7,200 bases of DNA, taken from contig JAANOX010000056.1 in NCBI GenBank assembly GCA_020184695.1, positions 1-7,200 of the forward strand. The letters run 5' to 3'. The translations under genes and the position numbers were made by a program. Numbering within the stretch: position 1 is the stretch's first letter; every line of letters starts with the position of its first letter. This document shows positions 1 through 4,921 of this stretch, in pieces. This stretch comes from Histomonas meleagridis 2922-C6/04-290x. Lineage: Eukaryota > Protista > Parabasalia. The notes beneath the pieces are model-generated. The model was not told the origin of the DNA, did no database searches, and worked only from the letters and a program-made list of their open reading frames with translations.

Positions 1-1
1 A

Positions 2-1264
2 AATCCAACAGCAAATATATTATTAAGAAAAAGGAAAGCATATATTTGTGATTTTTGTAAAAAAGCATTAGCAGAAACACATAAAAATATAATTTTACAT
101 AATAGTCATGCGCATAATATTTCAAGAAAAGAAAATATTAAGATCCCTATACATCAAGTTAAATTTAAATCAATTGTTTTTAATTATCCTGATAAAGATG
201 AAATTAAAGAGATTGAAGAAAAGATTAAAAGAAATGAAGAAGAAACTAAAGAAAACTTAAACAAATTAGCAAAAGGTGAAATTGAAATTGAATTTAAAAA
301 TAAAGATGATGTAATAAAAAGGAAGAAACAGGAGAATAGAAAACAAGAAAAACGAGTCAAAAAAGCAAATATTAACAACGTAGAAGTATTAGAAATCAAC
401 CAAGATAATGATACAAATAAAAGTGAAATTAATAACACTAACTCATTAACAGCAGACAAGATAGTCACAAGGAACCAACCAATTAATGATAGAGAAACTT
501 TACTTAATAAATGCAAAAAATGGATATTTGCGAATGAATTCCAAGAATCACATATAATCAGATTACCAAGAATTAATAAAAATATTAAAAATAAAATTTA
601 TAAAGAAATTAGTAATGTTTTTGAAAACAAAATTTTACCTTTGCTTAAGAAATGTAAAACTAAAGAAAAAACAGAAGAAGAATGGATTATATTTCAAGGT
701 TGTTTATGCAAAATTAATTTAATATTAAGAAAAACTATTAGGAAAACTCTCAAAATCCCATTAAATCATATGTTAGGCTTAAGCAACAATAAAAAGAAAG
801 ATAATAATGATAATATTCATAATACAAATTTAAGAAGAAAATATATTCAAGAAAACCAATTATTTAAAATAATATCGCATATGGAAAAAATTATCAAACT
901 AAAAAAACTTCAAGAATCAGATACAAGAAATAATTCCATCTCTTATTTAGAAGAGGCAATAAAAGAAGCATTAAATAAGATTGACAAAGAAATTTTAATG
1001 ACTACATTTGGAGGTGATAATATAGATAATATCAGAAATATCATAGATGAAGAACCAAATCATCGAGAGCAAAGAATGAAGTATATTGAAAATTCATTAA
1101 TCAAATATCAAAACGAAATTTCAAAAGAAAGGAATAAGAAATATACACAATTGGTGCAAGATATGTATGCAGAAGACCCAAAAAGAGCCATGAGATGGTT
1201 CATTACAAATGAACCAACACCAGAATGCAACATTGAATTTGAGAAAATAGAAAAGCATTTTTAA
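2..1264 (+). CDS. N-terminal part of the retrotransposon polyprotein (5'-partial, 420 aa): C2H2 zinc finger plus basic/helical pre-RT region
   Basis: Manual translation shows the frame open from position 2 (NPTANILLRKRKAYICDFCKK...) to TAA at 1262-1264; the track reports only 641-1264. It contains C-x2-C-x13-H-x4-H at 47-115 and ends ...DPKRAMRWFITNEPTPECNIEFEKIEKHF. It is in the same frame as the RT ORF at 1370. Confidence 0.85.
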   Translation, partial: NPTANILLRKRKAYICDFCKKALAETHKNIILHNSHAHNISRKENIKIPIHQVKFKSIVFNYPDKDEIKEIEEKIKRNEEETKENLNKLAKGEIEIEFKNKDDVIKRKKQENRKQEKRVKKANINNVEVLEINQDNDTNKSEINNTNSLTADKIVTRNQPINDRETLLNKCKKWIFANEFQESHIIRLPRINKNIKNKIYKEISNVFENKILPLLKKCKTKEKTEEEWIIFQGCLCKINLILRKTIRKTLKIPLNHMLGLSNNKKKDNNDNIHNTNLRRKYIQENQLFKIISHMEKIIKLKKLQESDTRNNSISYLEEAIKEALNKIDKEILMTTFGGDNIDNIRNIIDEEPNHREQRMKYIENSLIKYQNEISKERNKKYTQLVQDMYAEDPKRAMRWFITNEPTPECNIEFEKIEKHF

Positions 1265-1369
1265 AGATGAATGGGAATTCCTCCCAAATTACCAAGAAAA
1301 ACAATATTCCAGATATATTTTCTCTAAATAAAAAACTTAGATAACAAAGATGAAGAATTACTTAAGCTA

Positions 1370-4300
1370 ATGTTACTAGACAAAGACAGAATCAAACAAG
1401 CAATTATTACAAGACCAAATTTATCAGCTACAGGTCCAGATGGTATTTCTAATACCATCTGGAAAATCAAAATTAATATTACAGTCAAATTAATCAGAAA
1501 CATAATTAAACAAATAATGAGATTCAAGAAAATTCCAGAATTATGGAAAATATCAAGAACTATATTGTTATTTAAGAAGAATAATCCAGATGAAATCACC
1601 AATTGGAGACCAATTTCAATATCACCAACTTTATACAGAATTATGATGTGCCACTTTGCACGATGCATTCAAGATTTAAATGTTTCTTCGCCATTCATAA
1701 GTTCAGTACAAAAAGGTTTTAAAACCAATATCAATGGGATAACTGAACACATTACGAATATAAATGAAATAATTGCACAATCAGTGAGGTCAAAAGATTC
1801 GATTTATATTACAACATTAGATTTCGCCAAAGCCTTCGATTCAGTACCTCACAAGCTTATTACTTGGTCATTAAATCAATTAGGATTCCCGAATTATTTT
1901 ATCAAATTAATAAAAGACTTATATACAGATACCAAAACAAGAATAGAACTAAGAAATAAACCTTCAGATTGGATTAACATCAATAGAGGTGTCAGACAAG
2001 GTTGTCCTCTATCACCAACACTATTTAATTTATGTCTTGAACCTTTAATCAAAGCAATACAAAATTATAATAAAAAAGATGGAGTAATTATAGAAGATCC
2101 AATGAGAGAAAATGAATTTTTTTTTTTTAATATTCAAGCTTATGCAGATGATGTTATATTAATTTCTAATACACAAGATGGAATGCAAAATATGATTAAA
2201 ACAGTAGAAGAATTTTGTAAAATATTTAAACTTAAAATAGCTTCACAAAAATGTAAGACTCTATCTTATATATATTTTAATAATACAAGACCAACTTTAA
2301 ATGAATGTTTTACTATTAATAATGAAGAAATACCAAATCATCCATTAATGGAATATATAGAATATTTAGGTGCACCAATAGCAATAAATCGTGAAAGTAA
2401 AAAACAACATTCTCAAACTAAAATCAATAAAATTAAACAAGAAATCATACAAGTAATTAATTCTCCTTTAAAAGTTAATCAAATAATAGATGCAATTAAA
2501 AGAATAATTACTCCTCAATTAGATTTTGAAATGTTAAATGGTTTATGCTCTATTAAAGAACTTAAAAAACTTGATGAATTTATTAGAGGTTCAATAAATC
2601 AAATATTAAATACAAAAGGTTTACCAAAAGATTTATTTTATACACATTATAAAGAAGGAGGTTTAAGTTTAATGTCTTTTAAAGAAAGAAATTATGTGTT
2701 ACAATTAAGAACATTTATAGGTTTATTATTATCAAAGGATTTAAATATCAGGAATTTTATTAGAATGACAATGTACAAAGAATTAGACTATAGGAAAATA
2801 CAAGTAGATGAAAACTCACCTTATTTTGGAATTCCTTTTGATAATAAAGGTAAAATTATACAAAAATCGGAAAGAAAAACAAATAGTACATTTTGTAGAG
2901 CGGTAAAAGCATTATATAACTTAAAAGTAGGTTTTAAACCAAACCTAGAAGAAAATAATTGTATTATCTATCAAATCGATAATAAAGAAAATAAAGAAGA
3001 GGAAGAAGAAACAGAAGAATTTATTAATGAGAAAGACATTACAAAATATTTAAATAAAATGATACGAAAAAAACACCTAGACAACCTTAAGAAATTACCA
3101 TTTAAAGCACATACTTTCTGTACAATGGATAAATCAACTGATTCAAACTTCTTTTTATCTAATTTTAGAGCACCAACAAGTAATAATATTATTAAGTTCG
3201 CTATTTTAGCAAGATGTAACAATTTACCAACAAATGAAATCTTAAATAAGAAAAACCCAAATATAAATCCTAAATGCAATAGATGTAATTTAAATCAAAA
3301 TGATTCATTAATGCATAGAATTAATGGTTGCTTAAAAATTAGAAATTTAACTACTAAAAGACATAATGCAATAGTAGAAGAAATAATTAAAGGAATTAAA
3401 GAAAATAATTATGAAGGTAATAATATAATATTTAATAGGAACACCAAAGTAATAGACAAAGATTACAAAACAATTGGAACATTAAAACCAGACATATGGT
3501 ATATTAATAACAATAGATTAACTTTAATTGAAGTCAATTCTCCGTATGGTACGATCAGAAATCTCGATAACAACTCTGAATCAACTCTTATTATTAGAAG
3601 AAAAGAAAAAGAAGAAAAATATAGAGATTATATAGAATTATGCAAAAATAGACTTAATATAGAAGTAGATTTTTATATAATTATTATTTCATCATTAGGA
3701 ATTATCCCGAATCAAACTACTAAAGATTTAAAGAAATTATTTAATGGAAACAAAAGATTAATACATTTAGTTTCAAGAAGATGTGTTATTGCAGCATTGA
3801 GAGAATCTATGTTAATATTTTACAGAATTTATGAGAAAGATAAAAATCAAAATAAGAATAATAACAATAATATAAACAATATAGAAAGAGAAGAAGAAGA
3901 CTTTAATGTTATTGATGAAGATAATTATAATCCTGAAGAAGAAGAAGAAGATAAAGATGAAGATGAAGAATTAGAAGAAGTACCTTTTTCAGATATTTTT
4001 TCAAACTCAGAACCATCAGATACCAATGAAGAAGAACAAAAGGAATACATGAAATTCGCATTAAATGAAGCAGAGAGGAAGTACAATAAACCGATCAAAG
4101 AAGATAATATACAAAAATCTATAATAAAAGGAAAGATCTTTATTATAGACAAGAACAAAAAGAAGAAGAAAGAAGATAACTTGACGAAGATGAACTCAAT
4201 ACTTAAAGGAAAAAGTATTAACGAGTTAAAAAGACGAACAAGAGTTGTACGATCATCTAGACTTTTGCAATACGCGATCAATGCAAAAAAGAAAGAAGAA

Positions 4301-4429
4301 ATAGTTAAAGATTCTACTATTAAAAAGAATAAGAAGAAAACAAAAGTGACACGATCTATTAAAACGGTTTCGACCACCCCAAAGAACAGTTCTAACATTG
4401 ATCATAACAGTAGGGTTAACCTACAATAA
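1370..4429 (+). CDS. Reverse transcriptase / CCHC / restriction-like endonuclease polyprotein (1019 aa from the first Met; frame open from 1328; probably continuous with 2-1264 in the intact element)
   Basis: RT motifs: SATGPDG (~1424-1444), WRPIS (1604), QKGF, LDFAKAFDSV (1817), GVRQGCPLSPTLF (1988), YADD (2141-2152), EYLG (2360), GGL (2657). CNRC-x9-H-x4-C at 3275-3331, then RHN (3359), KPDI (3485-3496), IEVNSPY (E at 3530) and KEEKY (3608-3622). Confidence 0.96.
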   Translation: MLLDKDRIKQAIITRPNLSATGPDGISNTIWKIKINITVKLIRNIIKQIMRFKKIPELWKISRTILLFKKNNPDEITNWRPISISPTLYRIMMCHFARCIQDLNVSSPFISSVQKGFKTNINGITEHITNINEIIAQSVRSKDSIYITTLDFAKAFDSVPHKLITWSLNQLGFPNYFIKLIKDLYTDTKTRIELRNKPSDWININRGVRQGCPLSPTLFNLCLEPLIKAIQNYNKKDGVIIEDPMRENEFFFFNIQAYADDVILISNTQDGMQNMIKTVEEFCKIFKLKIASQKCKTLSYIYFNNTRPTLNECFTINNEEIPNHPLMEYIEYLGAPIAINRESKKQHSQTKINKIKQEIIQVINSPLKVNQIIDAIKRIITPQLDFEMLNGLCSIKELKKLDEFIRGSINQILNTKGLPKDLFYTHYKEGGLSLMSFKERNYVLQLRTFIGLLLSKDLNIRNFIRMTMYKELDYRKIQVDENSPYFGIPFDNKGKIIQKSERKTNSTFCRAVKALYNLKVGFKPNLEENNCIIYQIDNKENKEEEEETEEFINEKDITKYLNKMIRKKHLDNLKKLPFKAHTFCTMDKSTDSNFFLSNFRAPTSNNIIKFAILARCNNLPTNEILNKKNPNINPKCNRCNLNQNDSLMHRINGCLKIRNLTTKRHNAIVEEIIKGIKENNYEGNNIIFNRNTKVIDKDYKTIGTLKPDIWYINNNRLTLIEVNSPYGTIRNLDNNSESTLIIRRKEKEEKYRDYIELCKNRLNIEVDFYIIIISSLGIIPNQTTKDLKKLFNGNKRLIHLVSRRCVIAALRESMLIFYRIYEKDKNQNKNNNNNINNIEREEEDFNVIDEDNYNPEEEEEDKDEDEELEEVPFSDIFSNSEPSDTNEEEQKEYMKFALNEAERKYNKPIKEDNIQKSIIKGKIFIIDKNKKKKKEDNLTKMNSILKGKSINELKRRTRVVRSSRLLQYAINAKKKEEIVKDSTIKKNKKKTKVTRSIKTVSTTPKNSSNIDHNSRVNLQ
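3275..3836 (+). other. CCHC zinc knuckle plus RLE endonuclease domain of the retrotransposon ORF
   Basis: CNRCNLNQNDSLMHRINGC, RHNAIV, KPDIW, LIEVNSPY and KEEKY occur in the order typical of R2/NeSL/R4 endonucleases, with the catalytic-type residues present. Confidence 0.9.
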
Positions 4430-4490
4430 ATTAAGACGGACGCGTCATTATACAACACATACTCATTCTAGTGAGCGCTAATATACGTAA

Positions 4491-4898
4491 ATAAACACCC
4501 CTGAATCAGATGCAGGAGAAAGTTCGACGGAGAACACCACAAGCAACACAGAATCAACATACACCAGCCCAGAACCATTCAGAAAGTTTGAGCCTAAGAG
4601 ACGAACGAAATTAAAAGAAAGTTCAACAGAGTACACCGCAAGCAACACAGAATCGACATACACCAGTCCAGAACCTTTCAGAGAAAGTTTGAGCCCAAGA
4701 GACGAACGAAATTTCGAAATCAGATTTCGATCAGATGCAGAAGAAAGTTCAACGGAGTACACCGCAAGCAACACAGAATCGACATACACCAGTCCAGAAC
4801 CTTTCAGAGAGAATATGGGACCAAATGAAAACAAAACTTCGGGAAATCAGATTCGATCAGATCAAACACCAAGTTACCAAACACATCCACACAATTAG
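4491..4898 (+). CDS. Ser/Thr/Glu-rich repeat-coding frame (135 aa) without an upstream AUG; probable N-terminus of the downstream zinc-finger protein
   Basis: Stop-to-stop open frame (TAA 4488-4490 to TAG 4896-4898): INTPESDAGESSTENTTSNTESTYTSPEPFR... Differences between the 66-bp repeat cores are mostly third-position synonymous in this frame (5 of 7 between copies 1 and 2; 1 of 1 between copies 2 and 3). Confidence 0.5.
   Translation: MNTPESDAGESSTENTTSNTESTYTSPEPFRKFEPKRRTKLKESSTEYTASNTESTYTSPEPFRESLSPRDERNFEIRFRSDAEESSTEYTASNTESTYTSPEPFRENMGPNENKTSGNQIRSDQTPSYQTHPHN
4518..4808 (+). repeat. Three direct repeats with a 66-bp core (4518-4583, 4617-4682, 4743-4808), spaced 99 and 126 bp
   Basis: Core GAAAGTTCAACGGAGTACACCGCAAGCAACACAGAATCGACATACACCAGTCCAGAACCTTTCAGA encodes ESSTEYTASNTESTYTSPEPFR. 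Flanks are also partly repeated: AAGTTTGAGCCyAAGAGACGAACGAAATT twice, and GAAATCAGATT(T)CGATCAGAT at 4716 and 4843. Confidence 0.95.
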
Positions 4899-4921
4899 TA
4901 CCAAGTATCACTAGATACCAT

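Larger units (their letters stand above)
1..4490 (+). mobile_element. Non-LTR retrotransposon, RLE (restriction-like endonuclease) type, R2/NeSL-like; 5' end outside the window, 3' end approximate
   Basis: Domain order on one strand is C2H2 finger, RT, CCHC knuckle, PD-(D/E)xK endonuclease, which is the established architecture of RLE-class LINEs. No APE endonuclease, RNase H, integrase or LTR is seen in the window. The clade cannot be fixed without a phylogeny. Confidence 0.93.

Noticed and set aside
184-516. Minus-strand 110-aa ORF (likewise 1324-1668, 2971-3279, 3925-4398, 4478-4834, 5188-5376, 6245-6547)
   Set aside because: These are antisense shadows of A-rich + strand coding sequence. 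The Leu/Phe/Ser/Ile-rich products have no motifs and lie opposite well-supported + strand frames.
1259-1344. Euplotes-type stop-triggered frameshifting or a ciliate genetic code (TTT-TAA, AAA-TAA, AGA-TAA)
   Set aside because: About 2,200 codons of long ORF elsewhere contain no in-frame TGA, TAA or TAG while using TGT/TGC for Cys and CAA/CAG for Gln. A chain of +1 shifts at stops also arises automatically from any three close insertions.
1165-1350. Spliceosomal intron explaining the gap between the two ORFs (GTATGC at 1165)
   Set aside because: There is no GT within 1262-1369 itself. Splicing from 1165 would delete the coding-like DPKRAMRWF...PTPEC segment, and no convincing branch point or acceptor is seen.
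4411-4418. TAGGGTTA resembling a TTAGGG telomeric repeat
   Set aside because: It is a single 8-nt match, not tandem, and expected by chance.
4425-4495. AATAAA hexamers at 4425-4430 and 4490-4495 as polyadenylation signals, and TCATT at 4445 and 4463 as initiator-like elements
   Set aside because: Such short motifs are too common in DNA this A/T-rich, the host is unknown, and no ATG closely follows the TCATT motifs.
4430-4520. HDV-like or hammerhead ribozyme, tRNA or snRNA at the element junction
   Set aside because: I could not find the catalytic core motifs, nested pseudoknot pairing, a cloverleaf or known snRNA sequence by eye. An Infernal/Rfam search would be needed to exclude them formally.
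4518-4808. CRISPR-like array
   Set aside because: The 66-bp units are too long, the intervening sequences are homologous to each other rather than unique spacers, variation is codon-patterned, and there are no cas genes.
4689-4898. Track ORF of 69 aa as an independent gene
   Set aside because: It starts at TTG and is only the 3' half of the stop-to-stop frame 4491-4898.
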